The notes: generated by a model from the sequence alone, not told the origin. DNA of 64,000 nt from Octopus sinensis (GCF_006345805.1 NC_043010.1:46686001-46750000), one strand, 5' to 3'; positions 1-14,223 are shown, counted from the first letter of the stretch. Translations and numbers: made by a program.

Positions 1-942
1 GTCATATATTATATTGATATAGTCAAAATAAGGAGACATTGAAGCAATCACCTTATTCTTCGCAGCTTAATTTGACATTTTGGGAAAGTCATTGCTTACA
101 TTGATCTGTATAGCATAAAATGTGTCATGATGCATCAAAACAATTTGAGTTGAAGAAAAAGAACAATAAAAGAATTATATCCTGCAATCCACAGATACAT
201 TTGCCAAATCTCAGGCAAAAATCAAAATCATCAGTGTTCCCATTGTGACTTCATCACAAAATCCATACCTAAACTCAAATTACATTCATGCATCCATCAC
301 AAACAGATACAGCTTCTAGTATTTTTAAAATTGCTTTTCCTTTCTCTCTCTTTATCTCTCTCTCTTTCTTTCTCTATCTCTCTCTCTTTTTAAATCCTCT
401 CCTTTAAACACTCATACGTTGAAATCGATGGGAGTGACCATCATAGTCAGAATATCAAGCCCCTTTGATAACCACATAAACATTCAGCGATTATTATTAT
501 TAACCACTTTGTTGACCTCTGAATTAGAGGTTTCATCAACCCAAGGCTATGGTGGAAGAAACTTGTTCAAGGTATAGAATCGACCACAAACCCATGTCTG
601 GTTATGAAAACTGAAAATTCAGAATAGTACTGACAAAACTGGTCTTAATTTCGAAAGGTATCTACTTCAAAAAAGATCGAAGATATTTTTAGAGATGTAT
701 CCCAAGGTGCTTGAAGAGCCATTGGAAATATTATACACACACTTAATGAGTATGTGTTTGCATGTCTGTGTATGCATGTGTGCGAGTGTGTATGTGTGTT
801 TGCGTGTACACACACTCACTCATGCATGTGTGTGCGCGCACACAGACACACACATAATAATGATAAAACAAGTAAAACTTCAAGAAGGTAGAAGTCAGCA
901 GATAAACAGATGTCTGACTGGAGGGAAAATGATAACTAAATA

Positions 943-1088
943 GAAGAAAGAAAGAAAGAAAGAAAAAAGAACGAAAGAACGAAAGAAAGAAAGAGATAAA
1001 GGAAGGAAGGAAGGAGGATGTAAAGAAAGAAAAAAGAAAGAAAGAAAGAGATAAAGAAAGGAAAGAAGGAAGATGTAAAGAAAGAAAA

Positions 1089-1144
<56 letters not shown>

Positions 1145-1146
1145 AA
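943..1146. repeat. (GAAA)n purine microsatellite
   Basis: Long gaaa/ggaa array visible directly; it explains the F/L/S ORFs at 895-1218. Confidence 0.95.
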
Positions 1147-1920
1147 AGCACCACCTTTAAAAGACTTTCCACAGGTAACATTGCACATTAGACACTGTTG
1201 AAATGTCATACTGTTCATAACAAAGAGACAAGAAATGAAAATAATAATAATAATTAATGCAAAAGGGAGAGAGAGAGAGAGGGGGGACGATGAAAGTAGA
1301 ATGTGTTAGTAGACACCAAGAAATCTATACAAAAAGTTTTGAGACCAAACAGAAACAAACTACTACCAACATCACTGCTCAGCTACACTCAAACTGACAC
1401 CCTACCAAAAGCAAAATGGCAACAATGATAATAACAACAACACCACCACCACCACATCTGCATACTTTATGTCTGGTGTATACCAGCGAGCCAGCCAACC
1501 TATTTAACATATTACAGGTTGAGGTGGGTAAAAGCAGTTAACTGCTCACCTCACATTAAACACAGACATAAAAGTGTTTTAGTGAGTGCAAAGGATAAAG
1601 AAATACATTAAAAAAAAGTATTTAAGGAGTGAAAACTAAAAGGTAAACCCAAATCATTAACATGCTGATTAAGCTAAACTCTTTTTATCTCTCAACTCTC
1701 AGCCCTTTACCTATATAAATCAGACAAAGGAGCAGGGAGTGAGTATTGAAATTATATCCTGTCGGGTGGTGGGTACTATATAAGAAGAAGCTGTTACTTT
1801 TCAGTTTGGAGCTAATGGTGAAGGTGTTGTTGGTGATGGTGATGGTGGTGTTGATGGTAGTGGTGGTGGTAGTGGCAGAGGCAGTGAGAGTTGCTGTTAG
1901 TGATGGTTGTTGTTGTTGTT

Positions 1921-2110
1921 GTTAAGCAACAAGCCAGGTAAGGGTGATTAGGTGATGGTCTAGGGCTTAGGGGGCGGGATACCCCAGACCTTGGAAAAAA
2001 AAACTTTGGTCGGTTTGTTGTAGTCAAGGGCTCTTCAATGACGCCTGACACCACTGGGAGGTGGCCCTCGAAGTCGCTGGAAATGGAGATCTCCAGGTTC
2101 AAATTCTTGA
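1921..2110 (-). mobile_element. ~190-bp interspersed repeat with (CAA)n tail, probably the 3' end of a 5'-truncated retroelement
   Basis: Reverse complement of 27705-27925 (e.g. ttccagcgacttcgagggccacctcccagtggtgtc); both copies end in caacaacaac. Confidence 0.75.
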
Positions 2111-2289
2111 ACGGCTGTTAGGGATGGTGGTGTTAATGGTCACGGTGAGGGTATATTTGTTTTAATGACACAGAATAATGCCTAATATTAGCTGCAGTAT
2201 GACCAGATTGCAACCTCTGTACACCTTACAGAACAATTAATGTTAAGAGCTGGAATAAGAAGAGATTTCTGGTAGAGATGACTGAAGCA

Positions 2290-2850
2290 GCAGTGAAATA
2301 TGGGCTTTTGACTACAGAGGACATGCAAAGGCTTGAAAGAAATTAAGCTGGCATGCTCCGACTGGATGGGTAATGTCAGTGTGCATGCATGACAGAGTGT
2401 AAATGGTTTAAGAGGAAAATTGAGTATAAGAGGCATCAGATGTGTGCAAGAGAGAAGACTGTGCTGGTTTGGTTACGGTTGTGATGCATATGGATGAGGA
2501 AAGCTGCATAAAGAAGTGCCAAGATTTAATTGTGGAGGGTACCTGCAGAAGGGGTAGACCCAGGAAGACATGGGACGAAGTGGTGAGAAAGGATTTTTGG
2601 ATGCTGGGCCTCATTGAGGAAACAACAAAGGACCAGGAGATGTGGCAATTTGCTGTATTTGATAAGATGTGCCAAGCTAAGTAAAATCGCTGTCTTCCAC
2701 ACATACAGGCCTATCTTTTCAGGTGCCACATAAAAAGCACCCATGCTGGTGCTGCATAAATGCACCTGTGCTCGTGCTGTGTATATGAATCTGTGTGAGT
2801 GGCGTGTAAAAAGCACCTATCTCCAGGCTATGCGAATGAGAGGAAGACCA
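2290..2850 (+). mobile_element. RTE-clade LINE 3' fragment (post-RT C-terminus and 3' UTR)
   Basis: Translation includes VMHMDEESCIKKCQDLIVEGTCRRGRPRKTWDEVVRKD, a typical RTE C-terminal GRPRKTW motif; frameshifted. Confidence 0.85.
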
Positions 2851-3896
2851 TGGAGGGCACAGCATCAGGTTGTATATAGTAAAATGAACTTTAAATGAAC
2901 TTCAGCATTTAATGAGGTTTTCAATACTGTGTTGTTTTAATTTTTCAAAGATAGAATATGATGTTCTTTTGATTATGATCATTTTTGTGATTGGGGTTAT
3001 TATATAATTGCTGTGATATTTTACATCTCAGAAGTGTTCATAAACTACAAATAACAAGGATAAATATTATCATTTATAAATTGCTTGTCTTTTGTTCTAG
3101 GGTGTTTTCTACACGGGATTTTTTTCTATGGGGTTTGTCCTAGAGGAAAGGGTTGTCCTACACTCACGAGACACTGCAGTTTTCTGTCTCCTCAATCTTA
3201 GGGCTAACCTAGATGATGGTGTACTGAAACAAGCCAACTAGGATGTTTGTATGTAGTTGCTCAGCCTACTAGAAATTGCAACCACATCCCCATTAAACTA
3301 TACCTTACTATCTTAAACAAAGGAAGCATACATTAGATAATACAGTTCAAAGTGCACTACATCTAAAACAAAACAAAAAATAAATAAATAAATAAATACT
3401 AGATGGCCACAGATGTGATATTTTTTTAGTCATAGATCTCTTTGCTCATTGAGAGCTGATCCAGAACTAAACAACATCAGCAGCAACCACTTCCATTATG
3501 CAAAGACCAACTAAGACTTATTATAAATAAGAACTCAGATTCCTGTTAATATTTAGAAAAAGGACAAAACAACAAACTTCTGGAAGATGTTTATTGTAAT
3601 GATTCCTCTTATTATAGGCAAAAACTCCTCTCTGTGCCAGCTCACATACAGGCCAATTTTTTTTAGTCAAACATACAATATATATATGTATATATGTGTG
3701 GCAAAATCTATATGTGTGCATGTTTGTGCTTATGTATGTATGTGAGTGTGTGAATATTTCCATTGAATACAGACTAAAGTGATGAAATACAAAGCAGAAG
3801 GTTTCAGCACAAACATTATCTTTTAATTTTAGTCATGTAAAATAATACTCTACTTTCCAAGTATGCTTGAGTATTTGGCCATAAAAAAAAAGTCAC

Positions 3897-3936
3897 GCTT
3901 TGTTGAATTGTGGTGAGAAGTAGTAGCACCCTGCTG
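3897..3936 (-). other. Candidate 40-bp exon
   Basis: Minus-strand acceptor ggagttttacag and donor gtgact; frame 0 reads QQGATTSHHNSTK. No homology recognised. Confidence 0.2.
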
Positions 3937-4078
3937 CTGTAAAACTCCAATAATAAGCAAATTTTTCACAAGCAAAAATAAGAAAATTTGAAAAATGTAA
4001 AAAAGAAAACTTCTTACTCATGCTTTTGTAAGAAAATGAAAGTAAAACAAAACATAAAATGAAAAGAAAAATACTTAC

Positions 4079-4150
4079 AGACCATTTTGGGTAACTTGTC
4101 ATGATCATCCTAACGAGGTATTTTCTGATTGCTGACACTTGATAAATAAA
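4079..4150 (-). other. Candidate 72-bp exon
   Basis: Strong polypyrimidine acceptor (ttttatatatcttcag) and GTAAGT donor; one open frame, FIYQVSAIRKYLVRMIMTSYPKWS. Confidence 0.3.
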
Positions 4151-4511
4151 CTGAAGATATATAAAATAAAAAGATAAAAATGCATAAAAGTTTAATCATT
4201 GACAAAATTAGTTTACTTTGAGAATCCTGTAACATGAATTTCTTACAGACAGGCATAAAATCAAAAGTATCCCAGCCATGACCATCCCATCCTTTATTTC
4301 AAACAAAGTTTATTTGGGACTATATTATATAATGTGTTCTGCCTTCCTTAAGACAGTAGGGTAGAATTTAAGGGAGGCTAGGCTGTTATTTCTGACAAGT
4401 CAAAAAAAAATTCATTGATTCATATACTATCTCTGTTATAACAGTTTATTTTTATATTTCTCTGTTAATTTTTAAAAAGCCCTCCTTTGTAAAAGTTAAT
4501 TAAATCAAGCT

Positions 4512-5037
4512 AATTAGCTAGTTAAGAAAATCTCTATAAGAGGAGAAAGTAGTAATATACTGAGAAATGATTTTTATCACCACTTAAGCATGGCTGTTCT
4601 GTAGGAACTGACATTACTGCTTATTTTAACCTAAGGAGGATGCCCCTACCAACTGTTATTCGATGCAATCTGCACCCTATATATATTGCAAGCAGGGGAG
4701 TGAATCCCTACCATCTTCCAGCAACAAGACCACCAGACCATACAGTTCTGACCTCTTTGTGGTCATCTCTATAAGAATCTCTATAACAGACCACCAGACC
4801 ATACAATCTGATGGTCTTATGGCTGGAAGATTGTAGAGGTTTACTCCCCTGCCTGCAATATATATATATATATCAGGTTTAGATTGCATCAAATAACCAG
4901 CTGAATGAGGCATCCTCCTGGGGTTAAAAATAGCAGTAAAGTCAGTTCCTACAAAACAGACATGTTTAAGTAGCGATGAAAATTACTTCTCAGTATAATT
5001 ATTGCTTTCACCTCTTATAGAGATTAAGTAGCTAATT
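4512..5037. mobile_element. Foldback (long inverted-repeat) element with ~230-bp arms
   Basis: 4512-4743 is the reverse complement of 4801-5037 (gtaggaactgacattactgcttattttaacc versus ggttaaaaatagcagtaaagtcagttcctac). Confidence 0.8.
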
Positions 5038-5139
5038 TGTTTGTTGCAAGATCATTGACTGTGTGTCACTTGTTTTCTATATAGTGAGCTAGAGTGAACT
5101 ATTGCCATCTCTAACAGACAACTTGCCCACTTTTTTCAG

Positions 5140-5218
5140 ATATCACCCGAAGAGCAAGATAGGGCTGGAGAGGAGACGGCTGTTGCGAGGCGTGTTTGAG
5201 AAAAGATGGAAGGCTGTG
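5140..5218 (+). other. Candidate 79-bp GC-rich exon
   Basis: Acceptor ttttttcag, donor GTAAGA; open frame YHPKSKIGLERRRLLRGVFEKRWKAV. It may instead be TE-internal sequence. Confidence 0.2.
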
Positions 5219-5504
5219 GTAAGAAAGGTGGGTGCAAGTGACCTGGCTTAATCTCCACGGAGAAAGATAAAGGTGTAGTCACTGGGCTTTTTGCCCATCA
5301 GGGTGAATCCCACTGGCTAAAGATTATTTTAAAAAATATATCATATTATATATCAATTTGTATAATCACCAAAATTTTAAAATTAAGTTTCATTCGAACT
5401 CACATTAACTTTTATCTGTTTGCTCAGTCCTGTTTGTCCCCTCTGTGTTAGATAATCATTATCTTAATAAAGAAAGCATCTCTAACAGACAAGTATCTGC
5501 CACT

Positions 5505-5716
5505 GAGATATGACCACAAAGAGGTCAAAAGTGTATGGTCTGGTGGTCTCATGGCTGGATAATGGCAGGAGTTCACTCCCCTACCTACAATGATATACAG
5601 GGTGCAGACTGCATTGAATAACCAGCTGGAGGATGCATCCTCCTAGGGTTAAAATAAGCAGTAATGTCCATTCCTACAGAACAGCCATGTTTAAGTGGCA
5701 ATAAAAATTACTTCTA
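5505..5716. repeat. Third arm of the 4512-5037 foldback family
   Basis: Matches the right arm (gcatcctcctagggttaaaataagcagtaatg) and is the reverse complement of about 4575-4770. Confidence 0.75.
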
Positions 5717-6100
5717 ATTAAAGACAATTTTCTTGAAAGAAAAACACTAAAATAGCCAAGAAGCTTTTATTCGCACTTTGATTGTATAATCAGAATAGAT
5801 ATGAAGTCTTTCTGGGAAGGTTATCCATAACAGAATTATATCCTGCCTAGAAACAGATTTGCTTCAGATTAACTTAATACTATAGAAGTGTAACAGGTAT
5901 GTTCAGAAGTCACGTCACTATACCCAATGTTGTGATTCGCTAGAATATTACTCACATGATCAACAAAATCTGACCAATTGTGACTATGTGTGGAAGAGGC
6001 TCAAGCAACAATTTCATCCGTTGGTGCACTTCCTTTTTAGCCTATTTATCAGGATAAATTCAGCACACTTTGACTACTTGACAGAGAGCATTAGGATGCA

Positions 6101-6101
6101 G

Positions 6102-6165
<64 letters not shown>
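6101..6165. repeat. (GA)n microsatellite
   Basis: Pure ga array. Confidence 0.95.
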
Positions 6166-6301
6166 AGTGGGAGACAACAGAGATGAGATGGCAGATGCAG
6201 ACAGCTGCTAACTTGAGCTGACAACATCCACAATGAATGATCAGTGACAGCAGTATAATGATCAGTAGCTAACTTTTTGATTACTATTAGAATTATACTA
6301 G

Positions 6302-6535
6302 TGGAGGCGCGTGGCTTAGTGGCTAGGGTGTCAGCATCATGATCGTAAGATTGTGGTTTCAATTCCTGGACCGGGCGACATGTGTTCTTGAGCAAAACAC
6401 TTCATTTCACATTGCTCCAGTCCACTCAACTGGCAAAAATGAGTAATGCTGCGATGGACTGGTGTACCATCCAGCTGGGGAACACACATGCCATTGACAC
6501 CGGAAAACCGGGCCCATGAGCCTGGCTTAAGAACA
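6302..6535 (+). mobile_element. tRNA-derived SINE, family C (cttgagcaaaacactt middle), tail type Z
   Basis: A-box-like ggcttagtgg and B-box-like ggtttcaattcc; a related inverted copy lies at 35987-36217. Confidence 0.85.
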
Positions 6536-7445
6536 ATAACATTCAAACTTTCTCAACATTTTGCTGTTTATAGTAATAAAAGTATTCATTTTTTCTTTGG
6601 TATATGTACAAGAAGAATAAAATTTTGATTATCAAAAAGCACAACCTTCTGTAGTGTTCATCTTCATACAGAAGCAATAGTTGAAGCACCATGCTTTTGC
6701 TTTATGGAGAGCTTTTTAAAGAGGATTATCTTTGAGAATTACCTTTATAAAGTATAGCATTTTTTTCATCCCCTATCACCTTAAGTCTTTGAATAGATGC
6801 CTGCGTTACATATTCTGTTTCTGTGAGGGTTTAAGTTTTTTTATTTATTACAGGGGCTGGGAAGGGTATATAGAACTATCAAATTTTAGAGATAATTAAT
6901 TAGTGTAGGGACTAACTTGAGAAGCTCAATAAACTTACGTTTGTATGTCAAGCTAACAAAACCCATTCATAGAACTGGGAAGGAATTGAAACAGTAGTAA
7001 TAATAGCAATAGTAGCAGCAACAACAACAACAATAGTGGTGGTGGTGGTGGTGGTGGTGGTGGTGGGGTAGTGAGTGGGATGGCACTGTTATTGATAGCA
7101 ATGGGAATTCTGATTAAGAACAGAAAGAGATGGAGGGGGGAGTGCCATTCAAAGAAATCTGAGCAACCATGCCAATGTTTAACATACTACCTCACCAGAG
7201 ACATTAGTCATTCAACATGTATCTCTGTACTCAGTGTGTTTAATGTGTGTAGTTTTTACCTATCCTCAAATATGTCTTCAGGGCTTCTTTTTCTTTCATG
7301 TGATTTGGAGTTTGGAGTTTGAATCCAGTAACAAAGTAGCAACCTCTAAGTTGCCACCCAGACTACTAGAAATAGCAAATATCCCTCAAATTGGAACCTA
7401 CTATCATAATGAAAAGCAGACAAGAGGACCGTAGCTAGAATACTT

Positions 7446-8583
7446 ATGATCATAGGTCTACTCAGTTGTCTATTCAGTTTTTGCAATGCCTCCTGTGGCT
7501 GTAGAGACCGATGCGAGAGTGGCAGTCTCATTTGCAGAGGTCACACCTATACGTTGAATTCGGTCTGTTGGCTGTCATTTCTTTTCTGCGGGCTCAGTTT
7601 TCAGCTGCTGCCACCCTCAAATTCTCTTCACTGGTCTGCAGTTGTTTGTGAAGAGTGCCTCTCCAGCTGGTTCGGTCGGCTGTGAGATCCTCCCAGGAAT
7701 TGGTGTTGATGCCAAGAGCCTTCATATCCCTCCTGCACACGTCCCTGTACCTCGGCTTTGGGTGGCCAATGTTTCTCCACCCTGCGACAAGCTCTCCAAA
7801 AAGGACATCCTTTGGGATCTGACCATCCTCCATATGGTGAACGCGGCCAAGCCAGTGTAGCCAACATTGTCTTAGCAAGGTGAGCATGGTGGGAAGGCCA
7901 GCACAAGACAGAACGTCAGTATTGATTACTTTGTCTTTCCAGAAGATGCCAAGTATGCATCAGAGGCTTCTCAGGTGGAAGGTGTTAAGCCGTTTCTCCT
8001 GGTGGGTTTACGCAGTCCATGTCTCGCTGCCATATAGCAGGGTGCTGAGGACACAAGCACTGTACACAGCCATTTTCATTTTCACTGTTATCTTGGGGTT
8101 TGTCTACACTCTTGGCATGAGGCGAGCGAATGTTGTGGCTGCCTTCCTGATCCTCTTGTTTATCTCAGCATCTAGGGAGAGATTGTCAGTGATAGTGGAA
8201 CCAAAGTACATGAACTGGTGGACAACCTCGAGTTCATAGTTGTCGATGGTGATGACAGGTGGTGCTAGTCTGAATCCTCTTGCTGAGCTCTGTCCAGTAC
8301 TCGTTGGCACAGTGCCTGGTGATGTTCTGAACCTTGCTCCTGGCCGCCTTGAGAATCTGCAGGTTTTTCTCAGTGGGTGACCACTTGTATTCTGCGAGTA
8401 CGATGTGCTTAGCCTCAATGATGGGGTTCATCGCGGACAACTTGACATCAAACCAGTCATGTGGCTTCGAGGTTTTCTTCCCAAAAGTTGCCAGGGTGGT
8501 GCAGTGAATGGTGTCTTGCAGAGTTTCCAACTTCTCTGTGGCGGTATCTCCGGCCTGCGATACATTGTATACTTCTTCAAAAA
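7446..8583 (-). mobile_element. RTE/BovB-like LINE relic, internally deleted (RT domain missing)
   Basis: Translates as linker region (WFD...EYWTELSKRIQT) joined to PVITIDNYELEVVHQFMYFGSTI...LLYGSETW...WLGRVHHMEDGQIPKDVLFGEL, ending in the C2H2-like CDLCK*DCHSRIGLYSHRRHC; contains in-frame stops. Confidence 0.93.
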
Positions 8584-8596
8584 GATATATATATAT

Positions 8597-10331
<1,735 letters not shown>

Positions 10332-10412
10332 CATATATATATATATATACATACATATTATATATACATATATATATATATATTATATATATATATATAA
10401 ATACATACAAAC

Positions 10413-10448
<36 letters not shown>

Positions 10449-10545
10449 GGAGTAAGCATATAAATGTGAAACAAAGTGGAAAAAAGAGTACTCAAACACC
10501 AGAGGTAGAGTAATATGCTTTATCTAAATGCAGCAGAAATATAAC

Positions 10546-10592
10546 AAAAGCTGTTACTCAGAGTTTCACATTCCCGTTCGTCGGACAGTTTT
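10546..10592 (-). ncRNA. Minimal type I hammerhead ribozyme-like motif (U4 position is C)
   Basis: Minus strand: AAAACTGT-CCGACGA-ACG(GGAA)TGT-GAAA-CT(CTG)AGTA-ACAG(C)TTTT. Stems I, II and III all pair, with a GUA cleavage triplet. Confidence 0.65.
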
Positions 10593-10628
10593 AAAACTGT
10601 CTATGAACAGGAATGTGAAACTCTGAGT
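10593..10628 (+). ncRNA. Inverted partial copy of the hammerhead motif (G5 deleted, truncated at the cleavage triplet)
   Basis: aaaactgt-CTATGA-ACA(GGAA)TGT-GAAA-ctctgagt; forms a hairpin with 10558-10592. Confidence 0.55.
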
Positions 10629-10648
10629 TTTATTTATATATACAAATA

Positions 10649-10687
<39 letters not shown>

Positions 10688-10980
10688 ATTATGCATATGT
10701 ATGTATATTTATCAATTCTCCATAATACTTTCAGGTAACTTGCCAGGAGTAAGGGTTTATTTACCCCCACCTCCCACACATATATGTACATATATATATA
10801 TATTTATAAACATGAATATATTTGCTTATCTGTGTATCATGTCTGTGTGTGTGTACATACACACCCACACATATGTTGGAAATCAGACAATAACAACAAT
10901 TAAACAGATTTATCTTGTGGTCTTCAAGAAATTATGTGTATATTAACTGTACATACACATGCATGCACACACAGACACAC

Positions 10981-11014
10981 ATTTATATATATATATATAA
11001 TATACATATATATG

Positions 11015-11062
<48 letters not shown>

Positions 11063-11102
11063 CATATATATACATACATATATATATATATAATATACAT
11101 AC

Positions 11103-11135
<33 letters not shown>

Positions 11136-11141
11136 CATACA

Positions 11142-11173
<32 letters not shown>

Positions 11174-11331
11174 CATACATATATATATATATATAATACA
11201 TATATATATATATTATATACATATATATATATATACATACATATATATATATATACATACATATATATATTACATATATATATATATAATATATATATAT
11301 ATATATAATATATAAATACATACAAACATTA

Positions 11332-11362
<31 letters not shown>

Positions 11363-11564
11363 CCGGAGTAAGCATATAAATGTGAAACAAAGTGGAAAAA
11401 AGAGTACTCAAACACCAGAGGTAGAGTAATATGCTTTATCTAAATGCAGCAGAAATATAACAAAAGCTGTTACTCAGAGTTTCACATTCCCGTTCGTCGG
11501 ACAGTTTTAAAACTGTCTATGAACAGGAATGTGAAACTCTGAGTTTTATTTATATATACAAATA

Positions 11565-11599
<35 letters not shown>

Positions 11600-12311
11600 A
11601 TATTATGCATATGTATGTATATTTATCAATTCTCCATAATACTTTCAGGTAACTTGCCAGGAGTAAGGGTTTATTTACCCCCACCTCCCACACATATATG
11701 TACATATATATATATATTTATAAACATGAATATATTTGCTTATCTGTGTATCATGTCTGTGTGTGTGTACATACACACCCACACATATGTTGGAAATCAG
11801 ACAATAACAACAATTAAACAGATTTATCTTGTGGTCTTCAAGAAATTATGTGTATATTAACTGTACATACACATGCATGCACACACAGACACACATTTAT
11901 ATATATATATACATATATATACATATATATATATATATAATACATATATATATATATATATATTACATATATATATATACATATATATATACATACATAT
12001 ATATATAATATATATACATATATATATATATTATATATATACATATATATATATATATACATACATATATATATATATAATACATATATATATATACATA
12101 CAATATATATATATATACATACATATATATATATATATACATACATATATATATATATACATACATATATATATATATACATATATATATATACATATAT
12201 ATATATAATACATACATATATATATACATACATATATTATATATATACATACATATATATATATATACATACATATATATATATATAACATACATATATA
12301 TATATACATAC

Positions 12312-12406
<95 letters not shown>

Positions 12407-12420
12407 TCACACACATATAT
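10981..12420. repeat. Compound (TA)n/(TATACA)n microsatellite tracts (interrupted by unit B')
   Basis: Seen directly; source of the YI-repeat ORFs. Confidence 0.95.
11462..11544. ncRNA. Duplicate of the inverted hammerhead-like pair
   Basis: Same sequence as 10546-10628, inside unit B'. Confidence 0.6.
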
Positions 12421-12585
12421 ACAGAAAGAGAAAGAGAGATAGGTAGAAAAGCAGAAATTTCACATATAGCTCATAATTGAATCTTTTTTTGTTCATATAT
12501 CAGTTCTCACTCTCACCACTCTCCCTATATATGTACATATCTAAATAAACACACGTGCGTGCAGACAAACAGACAGGTAGACAGG

Positions 12586-12689
<104 letters not shown>

Positions 12690-12966
12690 CAGAAACGTAT
12701 ATGAAAACTAGTTGATAAAATCAGGTGAAAGTAATCGGCAACATTGTATTGTATCTATCTATGTATCTTTCCAGCTCTCTCTCTCTCTATTTATATATAT
12801 ATATACACACACATACACACTAACACACATAGACTTATACCCTAAGAATTATACATAAATACATAAGCTAAACAATAAGACTACATACAACTCCTCACAG
12901 TCCACTAGATAAATCTGTTTATATGTTGTTATTGTCTATTTTCCAACATATGTGCGTGTGTATGTG

Positions 12967-13001
<35 letters not shown>

Positions 13002-13817
13002 ATATATATATATATATATACACAAAGGGGTTTGTATGATTGTGTATAGAAAAATATATTACTCAAAGGAATTCCAAATCTGTGTTTTTTAAAGTTTTAT
13101 TTATATTCTTATAATATTGATATAGAATATAGAATATATAGTAAGAAAGAAATGAAATGAAGTATTGATTGTCTTATTGAACAAATGAAATATTGAAAAT
13201 TAAATATTAAATGTCTATCCTCATTGAACTAGTATACTTTCTTGCATTTAAGCAAGCATTCATCACATTCAGATTGTGACAGGAATGCTTCGACTGTCAA
13301 AGCATCCAGACAAATTATAACAAGTTCCAAAAATGATATCTTGCTAGTCAGTTAGGTTAATATAGTTCTTTCTTATAACTCTTTGCTCTCTGCTAGAATT
13401 ATGTGAAGCTCAGAGTAGTAGCAACATGATATTCAGCTATTAAATTATGCCAATTTTCAAGAGTGAAAGGCAATTTACTGCACTATGAAGTTGTAACAGC
13501 AATTAGTTTTAATTTCTCTACCCTCTAAAGAATACTTGTAATTATGTTGCCAAGTTAACACAACTTCCCTAAAAAGCTATCTCGCTGCAATGTCAGCCAC
13601 TGTTTCAATATCATAACCAGTTCTTTCCACTGAGACCCTTGCAGCACTTTGTACAGCTATTTCTGATATTCCATCCAGCCGTCTAGCCCTCTTCTACCCC
13701 CACTATTTCTGGGAGGGGTTGTTGGATTAGAATCCTCAGGCACCTCCTCTGTAGGGTCCAATCAGAAGCACCCATAATTACATTGCTGGCTGGATTCCTA
13801 AATATGACCAACTGAGA

Positions 13818-14223
13818 CTCTTTTACTCTTTTACTTGTTTCAGTCATTTGACTGTGGCCATGCTGGAGCACTGCCTTTAGTCGAGAAAATCGACCCCGGG
13901 ACTTATTCTTTGTAAGCCTAGTACTTATTCTATCGGCCTCATTTGCCGAACAGCTAATTTACAGGGACATAAACACACCAGCATTGGTTGTCAACCAATG
14001 TTGGGGGGACAAACACAGACACACAAACATATACACACACATACATATATATATATACATATATACAACAGGCTTCTTTCAGTTTCCGTCTGCCAAATCC
14101 ACCCACAAGGCTTTGGTTGGCCCAAGGCTATAGTAGAAGACACTTGCCCAAGGTACCATGCAGTGGGACTGAACCCAGAACCATGTGGTTGGTAAGCAAA
14201 CTACTTACCACAAAGCCACAACC
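13818..14223 (-). mobile_element. SINE family B (CORE-like ccttgggcaagtgtctt, internal TA/CA tract, (AAAGAGT)n tail)
   Basis: Matches copies at 33668-34044, 39160-39450 and 56326-56742. Confidence 0.9.

Larger units (their letters stand above)
10447..11900. repeat. Tandem duplication B-B' (unit ~535 bp plus TA/CA satellite, offset 916 bp)
   Basis: 10447-10980 is essentially identical to 11363-11900 (ccggagtaagcatataaatg...). Confidence 0.95.

Noticed and set aside
7880-8239. 119-aa + strand ORF (and 38530-38805, 41206-41523, 47325-47555)
   Set aside because: Antisense or off-frame readings of RTE, SINE or mariner sequence.
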